Below are positions 36,950-47,049 of a stretch of DNA of 64,000 nucleotides, one piece after another. The number at the start of each line of letters is the position of its first letter. The first letter of the stretch is position 1. The position numbers and the translations under genes are program-made. This DNA is from Candidatus Latescibacterota bacterium (GTDB lineage Bacteria > Latescibacterota > UBA2968 > GCA-2709665): contig OZ252100.1 of assembly GCA_965248435.1 (NCBI GenBank), forward strand, positions 2,720,001 through 2,784,000. Reading direction: 5' to 3'. Under the pieces are notes generated by a model. It did not search any database and was not told the DNA's origin. It was given only the letters and a program-made list of their open reading frames with translations.

Positions 36950-38839
36950 CTATGCAAAGCTGCCTGTCTTCACCTCCCTTACCGCCAGCCGGAACCCCTT
37001 CGCTTTGGTCCCCCTCACCGGAAAGTCCCCAACCTCGAACTCCTCTTGAAGGATCCTGATTCTCGGCTTGGGTTTGTAGTCGACGGTCACCGACACAACA
37101 GGGTCTGTCGTCAATTTCAGCACGCTGCATCCCTCCGGGATCAAAACGTATCCCCGGTTCAGGATGTATTTGTCGATCCTGCACCGCTTGAGGTAGGGGT
37201 GGCCGGACTTTGCATCTTTGTAGATGATATTATAGGTCCTTTCCGGATCTACAAATCCGCAAAAGAGCATCCCCTTGTCCACGAACATCCTTCCAGGAAC
37301 GTCGTGGACGGAATAGGCCCCGGTCTTCCGAATCACCAGAACACGATCGTAGATCGAGGCATCCAGGATGACGTTCCCATTCACCTCGTGACCCAGGTAG
37401 CCGGATGCTTTGTCATACCGCAGCTTGAGATTTCTTTGGGCGACTTCCCTCGCATCGACCTTGTCGAAAGCCACGATCTCGGTCATCCGGGGGTAATCTG
37501 ATCCATATTTTTCGATGAGCCGTTTCAGGAATGAAATTGCGAACGTCCGCAGGTTGTTCAGGTTGGCCTTGATCTTCCGCAGCAGTTTGCGGATCTCCTC
37601 CATCTCCTTTTTTGCTCTATTGATGTCATACACGGAAATTCTGCGAATGGGGATCTTGAGCAAGGCGTCGACATCGTCCCTGGTAATCTTCCTCTTGATT
37701 TTAGACTCGAAGGGCACCAGCCCGTCCAGGACGGCCTGCGTGACCTTTGCCGATGTAGTCATCTTCTCGATATGTTTGTAAATCCGGTTCTCGATGAAGA
37801 TCTGCTCGAGCGTCTTGGCGTGCAGCCTGTCCCGCAACTTGCCCTCTTCGATCTTCAACTCCGCCTTGAGGACCTCCGTGAGATGTTTGGTGTTCGTCTT
37901 GATGGCATCTGTGACGGAGGTAATGTGGGGCCGGCTGTCCTTGATCACCATCATACTGATGGGAATGGAAGCCTCGCAGTCCGTAAATGCGTAGAGGGCA
38001 TCCACCGTGTCCTGCGCCTGTACTCCTCTCGCCAGACGAATTTCAATCTCCACTTTGTCGGCGGTGTAATCACTCACACCCGCGATCTTGATTTTGTTCT
38101 TTCTGGCCGCATCTTCTACCGAGGCAATCAGGCTTGATGTCGTAGACCCAAAGGGAAGCTCGCGGACAAAAATACGCTTCGCGTCACGCGTATCGAGCTT
38201 CGCGCGAACGAGCACCTTACCGTTCCCGTCGGCGTACTCGGACACATCCACCTGTCCGCCCGTGAGAAAGTCTGGAAACAGCTGAAATTTCTTACGCTGA
38301 AGAACGGCGATTTGGGCCTCCAACAGCTCGACTAGATTGTGCGGAAGCACGCGCGTCGACATCCCCACCGCGATTCCTTCGGAGCCGTGGGCGAGCAGCA
38401 CGGGGATCTTGGCAGGAAACGTGACAGGTTCCTTGCTGCGCCCATCATAGGAATCTTCATAATTCGTAATCTCTGGGTTGAAGAGCGTCTCCCGGGCCAG
38501 GGATGTCAGACGACATTCGATGTAGCGCGCTGCGGAAGCCTCGTCGCCCGTGAAGGTGTTTCCAAAATTGCCCTGCTTATCGATGAACAGGTCTTTGTTG
38601 CCCAAAGCCACAAGCGCAGAGTAGATCGACATATCTCCGTGTGGGTGAAATTTCATCGTCTGTCCCACAACGTTCGCCACTTTGTGAAACTTACCATCGT
38701 CCATCTCATAAAGGGCGTGAAGAATACGGCGCTGTACGGGCTTCAGCCCGTCTTCCAGATTCGGAATCGCCCTGTCTTTAATCACATACGAGGCGTATTC
38801 CAGAAAATTCTTCTCGTATAAAGCGTCTATGTAAGCCAT
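36950..38839 (-). CDS. parC: DNA topoisomerase IV subunit A (short form)
   Basis: YASYVIKDRAIP, DGLKPVQRRIL, HPHGD, catalytic AARYIE and GIAVGMST; no GyrA-box seen; 629 aa. Confidence 0.9.
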   Translation of the reverse strand: MAYIDALYEKNFLEYASYVIKDRAIPNLEDGLKPVQRRILHALYEMDDGKFHKVANVVGQTMKFHPHGDMSIYSALVALGNKDLFIDKQGNFGNTFTGDEASAARYIECRLTSLARETLFNPEITNYEDSYDGRSKEPVTFPAKIPVLLAHGSEGIAVGMSTRVLPHNLVELLEAQIAVLQRKKFQLFPDFLTGGQVDVSEYADGNGKVLVRAKLDTRDAKRIFVRELPFGSTTSSLIASVEDAARKNKIKIAGVSDYTADKVEIEIRLARGVQAQDTVDALYAFTDCEASIPISMMVIKDSRPHITSVTDAIKTNTKHLTEVLKAELKIEEGKLRDRLHAKTLEQIFIENRIYKHIEKMTTSAKVTQAVLDGLVPFESKIKRKITRDDVDALLKIPIRRISVYDINRAKKEMEEIRKLLRKIKANLNNLRTFAISFLKRLIEKYGSDYPRMTEIVAFDKVDAREVAQRNLKLRYDKASGYLGHEVNGNVILDASIYDRVLVIRKTGAYSVHDVPGRMFVDKGMLFCGFVDPERTYNIIYKDAKSGHPYLKRCRIDKYILNRGYVLIPEGCSVLKLTTDPVVSVTVDYKPKPRIRILQEEFEVGDFPVRGTKAKGFRLAVREVKTGSFA

Positions 38840-40737
38840 TAGATCAGATTCTCTATGATGTATTCGCGTCGTTCGGGCGTATTTTTACCCATGTAGAAAT
38901 TAAGGGTCTCGGGGACCTTCGAGATCGACTTCAGGTTGACCTTGACGAGCCGCATGTCCTCCCCGATGAACTGTCCGAATTCATTCGGAGAAATCTCTCC
39001 TAATCCTTTGAATCGCGTCACCTCCGGACTCGAGATCTCGTTCAAGGCGAGGTTCCGCTGTCGTTCGTTGTAACAGTACCGGGTCTCCTTCCCATTGCGC
39101 ACCCGGAACAACGGCGTCTCCAGCAGGTAGATGTGCCCGGAGACAACCAGCTCTTCGAAATAGTTCAGGAAGAAGGTCAAAAGAAGATTGCGAATGTGAA
39201 ACCCGTCCACGTCCGCATCTGTAGCGATGACGACCCGGTTGAATCTCAGGTTTTCGATCCCATCTTCGATTCTCAGGACCATCATCAAGTTGTAAAGTTC
39301 CTCATTCTTGTAGACGGCAGCCTTGCTCCTGCCGAATACGTTCTGCGGTTTTCCTTTTAGCCCGAAGATCGCCTGGGTCTTCACGTCACGAGCGGCAACA
39401 AGCGAACCGGCTGCGGAGGGACCTTCGGTGATGAACACCGTGGAATCATTACCAAACTTCTTATCTCCAAAATGGTATTTGCAGTCCTTGAAGTGAGGGA
39501 TGATGATCGCGATCTTCCGGGCGGCCTCCTTGGCCTCCTTCTTCACGGCATTCAGTTCCTTGCGAAGTTTTTCATTCTGAGCGATCTTAGATTCGATCAG
39601 TTTCGCAGGGCCAGAGTTCTTGTGAAGGTAGTCTACGACGCCAGACTTGCACTCTGCAACGATCCAGCCTCGGACGTCTGTATTCCCAAGCTTGTTCTTG
39701 GTTTGCGATTCGAATACGGGTGATTTCAGTTTCACCGAAACCGCGCCGGATATCCCTTCACGCACGTCCACACCATTGTAGCTCTTTTTGAAGTATTCAT
39801 TGATTCCTTTCAGAATGCCCTCTCTGAAGGCGCTCTGGTGCGTACCCCCATCCGTCGTATGCTGCCCGTTGACGAAAGAGAAGAAGGACTCTCCATAGTT
39901 GCTCGTATGCGTGAATGAGAACTCCAAGTGTTTCGCACGGTAATACACCGGTTCGTACATGGCCCCGTCACCGATCTCGCTCTTCAGAAAGTCCAGCAGA
40001 CCGTTTCGGGAAACGAATTTCTTTCGATTGAACGAAAGGTGGAGTCCGCTGTTCAGGCAGGCATAATTCCAGACACGCTTCTCGACATACTCGTGATTGA
40101 ATTCATAGTCTGAGAAGATTTCCAAATCCGGGAAAAACTCCACGTATGTCCCGTCGCGCTCGCCGGAAACCTTTCCCTTCTTCTGGCGTTTCAGCTTTCC
40201 CCGCTCAAAGATTGCCTCCGCATACTTTCCATCGCGATAGGCCACGACCTTGAAGTGCGAAGAAAGCGCATTGACTGCCTTGGTGCCAACGCCGTTGAGA
40301 CCCACGCTGAACTGGAACACATCGTCATTGTATTTCGCGCCCGTGTTGATCACGGAAACACATTCAATCACCTTCCCAAGGGGGATACCCCGCCCGTAGT
40401 CTCTAACGGAGACTTGATCCTTCTTGATTCTGATATCGATCTTTTTTCCCTCACCCATGATGAATTCATCTACGGCGTTGTCAATAATCTCCTTCAGCAT
40501 CACGTAAATGCCGTCGTCTGGATCATCGCCCGTTCCAAGGCGGCCGATGTACATCCCGGTCCTCAGCCGGATGTGCTCCAGGGAACTGAGCGTCTTCACC
40601 TTGCTTTCGTCGTAATCAGACTTCTTCGTCCGCGGTTTTGCTCCGTTGGCCTTCGCCTTGGCTTTTCCCTTGTCCTTCGTCGGTCTGGATTTCATCGGGA
40701 TATTCAGCTGGCTGGACGATCTTGATTTCGTGGCCAT
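38839..40737 (-). CDS. parE: DNA topoisomerase IV subunit B
   Basis: EHIRLRTGMYIG, EIIDNAVDE, DYGRGIP, GLNGVG, TOPRIM ITEG.SA / LKGK / TDADVDG and RFKGLGEI. Confidence 0.9.
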   Translation of the reverse strand: MATKSRSSSQLNIPMKSRPTKDKGKAKAKANGAKPRTKKSDYDESKVKTLSSLEHIRLRTGMYIGRLGTGDDPDDGIYVMLKEIIDNAVDEFIMGEGKKIDIRIKKDQVSVRDYGRGIPLGKVIECVSVINTGAKYNDDVFQFSVGLNGVGTKAVNALSSHFKVVAYRDGKYAEAIFERGKLKRQKKGKVSGERDGTYVEFFPDLEIFSDYEFNHEYVEKRVWNYACLNSGLHLSFNRKKFVSRNGLLDFLKSEIGDGAMYEPVYYRAKHLEFSFTHTSNYGESFFSFVNGQHTTDGGTHQSAFREGILKGINEYFKKSYNGVDVREGISGAVSVKLKSPVFESQTKNKLGNTDVRGWIVAECKSGVVDYLHKNSGPAKLIESKIAQNEKLRKELNAVKKEAKEAARKIAIIIPHFKDCKYHFGDKKFGNDSTVFITEGPSAAGSLVAARDVKTQAIFGLKGKPQNVFGRSKAAVYKNEELYNLMMVLRIEDGIENLRFNRVVIATDADVDGFHIRNLLLTFFLNYFEELVVSGHIYLLETPLFRVRNGKETRYCYNERQRNLALNEISSPEVTRFKGLGEISPNEFGQFIGEDMRLVKVNLKSISKVPETLNFYMGKNTPERREYIIENLI

Positions 40738-40903
40738 AGCTATGTCCTGTTGCCTGGTGAGCAGACAGACCTAAAGAGTCTCCCAAAGGAGATCTTTGAT
40801 GTCACTTCTGGGAGTCGGGAATAAACCGTGAGGAGATCTCTCGGACGAGATCGATTTTCTCAAGGGAAGGGGAGGAGGGTATGAGTGATTCTAACTATAC
40901 AAT

Positions 40904-40932
40904 AATATAGAACACGACCACTACGCTTTCAA
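40904..40932 (-). promoter_or_regulatory. Putative sigma70 promoter for parE-parC
   Basis: Minus strand TTGAAA-N17-TATATT, about 160 bp upstream of the parE start. Confidence 0.55.
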
Positions 40933-41059
40933 TACTTTTCTTGCGAAGATTTCGGCATCCCCTAAGTATCACAACCCCAATCGTTGCCCAGGCAAACCCC
41001 AAAGACCATCTCGCTGATTCTACAAAGCGGTCAGCCGTCGTCTGCGGTCTGTCTGCGGC

Positions 41060-42904
41060 CTAGCGGAAGTCGCGAATAAACCTGGCCGCGTAGGACCGGA
41101 CCAGCCTCCCATTGAGCACGTGGAAGTGCCGAAGACGGTCCAGCGTCTGCAGGGAGAAGCGCCGGAGCGGAATCGTGACGAGTTGCTTCTTGTATCGGCG
41201 GGCGATCCGGCGCCAGGTCGCCGTGGGGGGATGAGGAGATACAAGGACGACGCGCTTGTCTCGGGAATGGCATAGCGCGCCTGAGAGGAGGCGTTCTTCC
41301 GGAGTCCGCGCGTGATCGAACCGGGGATCGCGCCAGACGTCCATAATAGGCCGCGGCGGATAGAGGAGGAAGCACCCCCCGTAGATCGCTTCCCCAATCC
41401 CGGGCCCCACGATGTTCTCGGCGAAATTCGTGGCAAAAAAACAGAGCGTGGACTCTGCATTGTGTTCGGCATACCACGTCGTCCGCCAGGGAAACTTCCC
41501 CGGATCCGCCGGACTTTCGAACAGGAAGACGACGACCTCTACGTTTCCGCGAGCCGGCGGCATTTCCTTGACGTAAATATCACCCGTATGCCAGTTCCGC
41601 AGCGTTTCTCGGATGTCCAGCCCATCCTTGAGCGATGTCGTAAACTTCTCGCTCCGTGCCAGGTCCTGGCCAATGATCTGGCGAGCCTGTTCCCTCACGT
41701 GCGCATTGAAGCTCTCGATTTTTTCGTCCTCAGGAGGATAAGAACATTGCTGATTGGGGTCCCACTGCATCCGCCATTGCGTCTTCTTCTCTGGAGGCGG
41801 CGTCGGTCTCAAAGGAAGCGTCCGCCAATCCGTGGCGACGCCCTTCAGCCGGTCCTTGACCACGGCCTCACCTGAAGGAAAGGCAGCAGTCCCGATTCCC
41901 AGATGTACCTCAGGGTAGATGGTGGGCACGCGCTGGGGAGGGTAGTCCCTGGCCGTCTCGATAACCGTCACGGCGAAGTCATCCCCGGCCACCTGCTTTG
42001 CCGCCAGAGCGAGTGTATAGAGGTCGGGCGTCAGCCTCCGATCCAGCAGGGTAAGATTCCGGATATACTGAAGCATGAGCGACAGCGCCTGAGGCGTCAG
42101 CCAATGCGTCTTGAGATCGTGCTTTATCAGCCACGCACTTCGGGCCTCCAGAAGCAGGGCCTTTACCCCATCCACGGCCAGCGTCCGCGCCGGCAACATC
42201 TCAGCGCGCCGATGTTCATACAGAGAGGTGATAAAAGGAAGCTCCCCGAGTACGAAGTAGAGATTTTCAGGAGTGGCGCGGTAGATCTCAGGAGGTAAAG
42301 GGGGAGGTGAAGGGTCAGGGAATTGAAGTCTCCTTCGGTACGCGTCCCGAATCCACGGCCAGTCCGCGATGTCGCACAGAAAGAGGATGCGGTCAAAATC
42401 CAATTCCAGCCGATGGAGCTGAAACGCCATCCAGCGAATACGCTCCATCTGCTGAGACCCATCTTCGGGCCTGGGCAGGCCAGTCAGCACGGCGGCCGCG
42501 AATTTCTCGAGCGGAACCTCCTTAATCGCATAGGGATCAGGATGAACCATGGCCTGTTCAACGAAGCACCCCACCTCCAGGTCGATATAGGATCGTGCGA
42601 TGCCCCTCTCGAGAGCACAACGGATGCCCGCGATAACCGGCTGACAGGGGTCGATGGGCACGCTCGTGTAAGACGTCGGATCGGACGTCATCCCACCCTC
42701 AGGCTGGGCAACGATGTGGACGCCGGGGAGCCGCCCGACGGCCTCATCCACACCCTCCTCGAACGCCGGCGGCAGCGGAACGGCAAGGCAGTCGTATGGA
42801 CCTGCTCGAACGCGTTCCTGAACCTCGAGCGCGAAATCACCGCTGCCGTGAAGCACGGGGAGCACGGCAATCGAACCGCTGAGATCGAAGACGGGGGACG
42901 CCAT
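41060..42904 (-). CDS. Uncharacterised 614-aa protein, partner of the MoxR-like ATPase
   Basis: Long ORF starting 4 bp after the AAA+ stop; N-terminus LPVLHGS...YDCLAVPLP recalls DUF5682/TraB-like N-termini (weak). Confidence 0.8.
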   Translation of the reverse strand: MASPVFDLSGSIAVLPVLHGSGDFALEVQERVRAGPYDCLAVPLPPAFEEGVDEAVGRLPGVHIVAQPEGGMTSDPTSYTSVPIDPCQPVIAGIRCALERGIARSYIDLEVGCFVEQAMVHPDPYAIKEVPLEKFAAAVLTGLPRPEDGSQQMERIRWMAFQLHRLELDFDRILFLCDIADWPWIRDAYRRRLQFPDPSPPPLPPEIYRATPENLYFVLGELPFITSLYEHRRAEMLPARTLAVDGVKALLLEARSAWLIKHDLKTHWLTPQALSLMLQYIRNLTLLDRRLTPDLYTLALAAKQVAGDDFAVTVIETARDYPPQRVPTIYPEVHLGIGTAAFPSGEAVVKDRLKGVATDWRTLPLRPTPPPEKKTQWRMQWDPNQQCSYPPEDEKIESFNAHVREQARQIIGQDLARSEKFTTSLKDGLDIRETLRNWHTGDIYVKEMPPARGNVEVVVFLFESPADPGKFPWRTTWYAEHNAESTLCFFATNFAENIVGPGIGEAIYGGCFLLYPPRPIMDVWRDPRFDHARTPEERLLSGALCHSRDKRVVLVSPHPPTATWRRIARRYKKQLVTIPLRRFSLQTLDRLRHFHVLNGRLVRSYAARFIRDFR

Positions 42905-42908
42905 TCAG

Positions 42909-43868
42909 TTAGTTCCCCTCATCTGTGTCAGGATTGAGTGGATCATCCGTATCGAAGAAGAAGTCCCCAAGGCTGAGCCCGGGAAGGTCCTCACCGAGTG
43001 CCCTCTGGCGCGTTTCGGCCAGACGGTCCAGGTCCTGCGCATCCTCCCCGAGTACCTTCTCCAGTGCCTCTTTCCAGGCCACATCTCGACTGAGTGGATG
43101 ATCCGGGTCCTGGGACATCCGCTTCAGGGCGAACTGGAGGATGTGCATGCCATCCCGTGGAGAGAACTCGAGGTTGAGATCGTGCGCGCGCTGAAGGAAT
43201 TCTACCGTGAGATTCAGCATCTCTTCTTCGGCAAAGGGCAGATGGTATCGAAGAATGGCCATCTCGTCCTGCCGGCTCGGAAAACCGATCGGCAGCGTCG
43301 GCTGTAGACGGGAAAGAATGTAATCAGGAACTTCGTACGTCGATTCGTCGTCGTTCATCGTCACACAACATCTGAAATCAGGGTCTGCAGGAATCATAAT
43401 GCCGGCCACGATCGACTCGACGAATCGCCGCTGATCGAGCAGCGGAGCAAGCGACGCCCAGCTCTTCTCGTTCATCCGGTTCCCTTCATCCAGGAGACAG
43501 ACGCCGCCGGTGATCATAGCGGTCACCAGAGGTGAGGCGTGATACGCGATCTTTCCGGACTCAGCGAGCACAGGTGTGATCAGAAGATCCTCCGGCCTCG
43601 TGTCACTCGTGCACTGATAGATATGCAGCGGCTGTTTCCTTACCTTCGCCGCGGCAACGGCGAGCGTAGTCTTTCCGATGCCCGGAGGGCCGACCAGCCG
43701 AGGTGAGAGCGGGAGATCGGTCTCGTGGACCGAGAGCCAGCACGCCAGCAGCTGTGTAAGGACGTCAGTCTGTCCGATCCACTCCTGATCGACTTCGACG
43801 GAATGGCTGAGGTGAAGGGCCACATTATCGATCAGAACGGTCTTCGACTGTGCCGATGTCTTAGCCAT
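42909..43868 (-). CDS. MoxR-like AAA+ ATPase
   Basis: Walker [19 protein letters not shown], Walker [21 protein letters not shown] and FSPRD. Confidence 0.9.
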   Translation of the reverse strand: MAKTSAQSKTVLIDNVALHLSHSVEVDQEWIGQTDVLTQLLACWLSVHETDLPLSPRLVGPPGIGKTTLAVAAAKVRKQPLHIYQCTSDTRPEDLLITPVLAESGKIAYHASPLVTAMITGGVCLLDEGNRMNEKSWASLAPLLDQRRFVESIVAGIMIPADPDFRCCVTMNDDESTYEVPDYILSRLQPTLPIGFPSRQDEMAILRYHLPFAEEEMLNLTVEFLQRAHDLNLEFSPRDGMHILQFALKRMSQDPDHPLSRDVAWKEALEKVLGEDAQDLDRLAETRQRALGEDLPGLSLGDFFFDTDDPLNPDTDEGN

Positions 43869-43919
43869 GGATACCGATTCCCTTTGTTGAACTGCCTAAT
43901 GGTTCCAGCCGGAGCGAAA

Positions 43920-43948
43920 AATATAACACCTCTCAAGTGGCGTGTCCA
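43920..43948 (-). promoter_or_regulatory. Putative sigma70 promoter for the AAA+ operon
   Basis: Minus strand TGGACA-N17-TATATT. Confidence 0.5.
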
Positions 43949-44173
43949 GACACCGTTGGGTGAGAATGCGCTCAGGCGATCCCCCGGGGCAAATGTCGGG
44001 GCGCATCCTGGTTTCTTTCAGCCAGGACATTGGACGTTTTCCCGCAGGCTTAACGTTTCATCTTAGATCCGGCTTCTCCACGGAGGCATGGGATCGTCAT
44101 TTCTCCAATTTAATCCCTGTAGCTCCAAGTACTTACACGGAAATACGAGTCGCACCTGCCCAACCTGAAATCA

Positions 44174-44189
44174 TGGCATACAACGTGCA
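44174..44189 (+). promoter_or_regulatory. Putative sigma54 promoter
   Basis: TGGCAT-ACAAC-GTGCA with GG-N10-GC spacing, about 70 bp before a small ORF. Confidence 0.5.
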
Positions 44190-44259
44190 TGGGTTAGACG
44201 TCAGGCGCCAAGAGCGTCAGTCGAAGCAGGACTTTGTAAGCCGGTTGGAGGTGATGCCT

Positions 44260-44448
44260 ATGTCTGAGTTCGATTTTGAGCCGGGAGACTGCGTGATCTA
44301 CAGGGACCAGGATCAGATCGAGTGGGGACCCTGGGTGGTCATTGAGGCGAATGGTGATTCGGTTACGCTGGACGTGGAAAAGGCTTTTCGCTACTCTGTG
44401 AAGGCCAGCATTCTCCATAAACTGGCTGAGGTCACCTGCGAAAACTAG
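44260..44448 (+). CDS. Small (62 aa) SH3/KOW-like beta-barrel protein
   Basis: GGAGGT RBS 7 nt before ATG 44260; FEPGDCVIYRD...GPWVVIEANGDSVTLD; own terminator. Confidence 0.65.
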   Translation: MSEFDFEPGDCVIYRDQDQIEWGPWVVIEANGDSVTLDVEKAFRYSVKASILHKLAEVTCEN

Positions 44449-44472
44449 CGGTCTGAGGCTCCGAAGACTCGC

Positions 44473-44507
44473 CGCCCGTGTCAAAAATGACACGGGCGAT
44501 TTTTTTT
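44473..44507 (+). terminator. Intrinsic terminator
   Basis: CGCCCGTGTCA-aaaa-TGACACGGGCG-A-T8. Confidence 0.88.
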
Positions 44508-44618
44508 GTTTTTGTTATCCTCTCGCGATCCCGCATATTCACGCGCTCTCGCACCTTGCCCCCCACTTTCGTCTTCTCTGGATGCCTCTTCGTGTAATTA
44601 TCTGTTCCTGCGAGATAC

Positions 44619-45788
44619 GTGATGCGAGATTCGAGACTGTCTGAAGGACCGAACCGCGCAGTCATCCTGGTCGCCATAGCGACAGCCTTCTCTCTGTTGG
44701 GTGATCAGACGCTCTACGCGGTTTTGCCCACCTACTTCACGCAGCTCGGTCTGGTTCCCTACCAGGTCGGACTGATCCTTTCCCTGAATCGCTGGATTCG
44801 GCTTCTGACAAATCAACTGGCCGAGCGGCTGTGTCGTGTCTACAACCCCGCGAGTTTGCTTGGCGCAGCGCTTGCCCTCGGTGCGGCCATCACGCTGCTC
44901 TATGGTCAGTTGATCACCTTTCCGGTATTGCTGTTCTGCAGGTTGTCGTGGGGGCTCTGCTGGTCTTTCATTCGACAGGTCGGCATTCTGACCGTGATAG
45001 ACACCACCCCGGATGCGAGGATGGGGCGAATGATGGGCTACTACAATGGAATATCAAGACTGGGATCGCTGGCTGGAAACTTTGTCGGCGCGCTGCTCCA
45101 CGACCTTGTCGGCTACAGCCGCACAATGACCCTCTTCGGAATCATCTCCCTGGCCGCCGCTCCCATCGGAGCGCTCTCCAGGTCGAAGCTCCCGCGCGGG
45201 GCCACGGCATATCCGGAACGTGATCTCAGCAGTCGACGAGATCCGACGCTCTGGCTGTTCGGTTTCGTAGTGGGCTGTGTAGGGAGCGGGCTCCTCACAT
45301 CCACGCTGGGTTGGGTGCTGAAGGAGAAAGTGGGCAGCGGCGTACTCATCGTCGGGGTCCTGGTCGGCGTGGCCACGCTTAATGGCGCCCTTCTTGCGTT
45401 CAGGTGGCTCGCGGACGGCCTGTCAGCACCCTTTCTAGGAGCCCTCAGCGATCGAATCGGTAGAAAAGTGGCAGCCGTGATCTTTTTCGGCGTGGGCGCC
45501 CTTGCACTTTCTCAGGCAGGGCTGCTCTCGGGGACGAGCATCCTGATTGTCTCGGTGTTGCTCTTCTTCGTCTGTGGGGTAGGGGCGACGGTCGTGATGT
45601 TCTCCGAAGCAGGAATGCGAGGTCCCAAGGCTGTAGCGGCGTTTGTCACCGCCTACGACCTCGGGGCTGCGGTGGGTCCCCCGATCGGGTGGATGACTCA
45701 GCAGATCTACCTCCCGACGGAAATCATCCTGTTGATTGGGGCGGCACTGTATGGGCTTGGGGCGCTCGTGGCGCTGCGCTTCCTGTAA
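44619..45788 (+). CDS. MFS transporter
   Basis: About 12 hydrophobic segments; SLLGDQTLYAVLP, LSLNRWIRL, GRMMGYY and GALSDRIGRK (MFS motif A). Confidence 0.9.
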   Translation: MMRDSRLSEGPNRAVILVAIATAFSLLGDQTLYAVLPTYFTQLGLVPYQVGLILSLNRWIRLLTNQLAERLCRVYNPASLLGAALALGAAITLLYGQLITFPVLLFCRLSWGLCWSFIRQVGILTVIDTTPDARMGRMMGYYNGISRLGSLAGNFVGALLHDLVGYSRTMTLFGIISLAAAPIGALSRSKLPRGATAYPERDLSSRRDPTLWLFGFVVGCVGSGLLTSTLGWVLKEKVGSGVLIVGVLVGVATLNGALLAFRWLADGLSAPFLGALSDRIGRKVAAVIFFGVGALALSQAGLLSGTSILIVSVLLFFVCGVGATVVMFSEAGMRGPKAVAAFVTAYDLGAAVGPPIGWMTQQIYLPTEIILLIGAALYGLGALVALRFL

Positions 45789-46064
45789 TCTGGACCTTTG
45801 AGCCGGCCATCACGGTAGGACCGGTCTCCAGACCGGGAACTGCCCTAACCTCCTGAATGAAGCAAGACCATAGAGCCGGTGATGTTGCTCAAGGGGGGTT
45901 TGAGCACCTTTAAGCAAGGGCTTTATTACCTTGCTAACAGCCCTTTCCCCGACTGGACGTGCCCCGGCGTGCCTCAAGCCGGGGTCCGGTCCTACCGCTT
46001 AGGGTGCCTAATTGCTTCGACCCTTCACTTGGCAAAGGGGGGTTAGAGGAGTTGGGTTCGAACA

Positions 46065-47027
46065 TCATGACGGAAGATACCGCTTCGGAATCTCCGCCCC
46101 GGCCGTGAACCCGAGATAGCCCAGCTTGACGCACTGGTAGACGTGGACTCGAAAATCGGGGTTCAGGGTCGTATGCAGATAGGCCTCTCGCGCGTCAACG
46201 CCCAGTTCGACCATCCAATCCATCAGCGATGTGACCGCGTTGATCACCGCGTCCTCCAGCGGCCGACACGAGTGCAGGGTGATCAGGCTCTCTTCCTTCT
46301 CCAGGCGGATCCACGGCACGCGCCTTCCCTTGATCACATCGCACGAGAACTGGACGGTCGCGCAGGACTCATCTGCCGTTCCGGTGAACTCGGTATCACC
46401 CTGTGACGCGTGAACGTCACCCGCCCAGAACAGTCCTCCCTCGTGAAACGCTGGAAGATGGACCTTCGTCCCCTCCTTCATGTCGCGCACGTCGAGGTTT
46501 CCCCCCCACCGACCCTGACCCATGCCGCTGCTGAACACCTCCCATTCCGGACACACCCCAATCGTACCGATAAACGGGGCCAGCTTCCACTGAACTCGCT
46601 CGTTAAGGACACCCGTCCCGTCACGCGTCGTGCCGCTCGGCCCCGGAAGATGCTTGATAATGTGTACGTATCCCGCGTCATTCACTGCGTGCCACTTCTT
46701 GGAGTCGCCCAGCGGACCACTGCCGGGTCGGAGCCAGGTCGCCCCCTGCTCCGCCACTTCCACCCGTTCGATCGTCACGACCAGCGTATCACCAGGCTCG
46801 ACGCCATCGATGTAAACAGGTCCACTGATCGGATTGGCTTTAGGTGGGTTGAACTTTCGAGTCGAGAAACCATCCAGCCTCTCCGCATCTGCCTCTGATT
46901 TCACCTTGCCTGAAGATGCATCCCACGTCTCCAGCGCGAACGACTCACCGAGGGCCACACGTAGTTTGGGCGACACCCGGTGGTCGAAAAGATATTCCAG
47001 CGACTGATCACGAGGAATGGTCTGCAT
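46065..47027 (-). CDS. Acetamidase/formamidase family protein
   Basis: NPISGPVYIDGVEPGDTL, PFIGTIGV, GGNLD and GDVHASQGDTE. Confidence 0.92.
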   Translation of the reverse strand: MQTIPRDQSLEYLFDHRVSPKLRVALGESFALETWDASSGKVKSEADAERLDGFSTRKFNPPKANPISGPVYIDGVEPGDTLVVTIERVEVAEQGATWLRPGSGPLGDSKKWHAVNDAGYVHIIKHLPGPSGTTRDGTGVLNERVQWKLAPFIGTIGVCPEWEVFSSGMGQGRWGGNLDVRDMKEGTKVHLPAFHEGGLFWAGDVHASQGDTEFTGTADESCATVQFSCDVIKGRRVPWIRLEKEESLITLHSCRPLEDAVINAVTSLMDWMVELGVDAREAYLHTTLNPDFRVHVYQCVKLGYLGFTAGAEIPKRYLPS

Positions 47028-47049
47028 TGTAATCTCCTCTCTCCGAGCC

